Below are positions 63,283 to 64,000 of a stretch of 64,000 nt of DNA, in pieces; position 1 is the first letter of the stretch; every line of letters begins with the position of its first letter. Under the pieces are notes generated by a model. That model ran no database searches, was not told the DNA's origin, and worked only from the letters and a program-made list of their open reading frames with translations. The stretch covers positions 39,990,001-40,054,000 of the forward strand of contig OX597818.1 in assembly GCA_951406725.2 (NCBI GenBank). The letters run 5' to 3'. A program made the position numbers and the translations under genes. The stretch is from Octopus vulgaris. Taxonomy: Eukaryota.

Positions 63283-63654
63283 GTGAGTGAGCGAATGGGT
63301 AGATAGAAAATTATAACCTAAATTTGTATTACTTTGTAGCTGGTGTGAGATCATTATCATATTGTAAATGATGTAGAACTATATTGTAAATGTGAACAAC
63401 CTTTTATGACAATGGAAGCATTTGGTGTGTGTGTGTGTCTCAGGTTGTTTGAGAGCACAATTGGTAACATATACCCTGGTACAACCTGTTGCACAGTTGT
63501 GAGTTGACAACTAAAATGTTGACTCCACCAAGCTTGCTGAGTGGGGAAAGTGATATTGCATGACCTGCAGGAAGTGAAATGAGATCCTTCAGAAGGCAGA
63601 TAAACTGGGAGGTGAGGTTGTGGGGGTTAATAACCATCCAGAAATGTGCATATA

Positions 63655-64000
63655 TATTTCTTTACTACCCACAAGGGGCTAAACACAGAGGGGACAGACA
63701 AGGACAGACAAAGGGATTAAGTCGATTACATCGACCCCAGTGCGTAACTGGTACTTAATTTATCGACACCGAAAGGATGAAAGGCAAAGCCGACCTTGGC
63801 GGAATTTGAACTCAGAACGTAACAGCAGACGAAATATGGCTACACATTTCGCCCGGTGTGCTAACGTTTCTGTCAGCTCGCTGCCTTATAAATGTGCATA
63901 TATTTCTGTTAGCACGCCAGGCGAAATGCTTAGCAGTATTTCGTCTGCCGTTATGTTCTGAGTTCAAATTCTGCTGAGGTAGACTTTGCCTTTCATCCTT
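63655..64000. mobile_element. Head-to-head inverted pair of SINE B (63655-63886 minus; 63908-end plus)
   Basis: AAAGGATGAAAGGCAAAG..GTGCTAAC mirrored by GTTAGCAC..CTTTGCCTTTCATCCTT. Confidence 0.88.

Overview
AT-rich, microsatellite-dense animal DNA with no recognisable intact host protein-coding gene, rRNA, functional tRNA or CRISPR array. The repeat families resemble those I recall from Octopus (coleoid cephalopod) genomes; this is an inference, not a search result. The window is a patchwork of: (i) at least four tRNA-headed SINE families, one with an internal (TA)n(TG)n tract that repeatedly hosts other insertions; (ii) decayed LINEs, mostly RTE clade, including a family with a PHD-like Cys cluster and a 3' UTR of tandem structured units present in about 20 truncated copies; (iii) DNA transposon relics (two non-autonomous Helitrons, mariner and Tc1 transposase fragments, and mariner-, pogo-, hAT- and piggyBac-type MITEs); (iv) Penelope-like relics, namely a GIY-YIG fragment, several type I hammerhead-ribozyme-like motifs in short (TA)n-flanked elements, and a cluster of long fold-back palindromes at 50.7-53.1 kb. 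Nearly all listed ORFs are microsatellite or SINE read-through artefacts. Two weak candidate host exon signals exist (47.9-48.5 kb minus strand, 63.24 kb plus strand). The best candidate for an under-described system is the hammerhead/Penelope/palindrome set. All coordinates and alignments were read by eye and boundaries may be off by a few bases.
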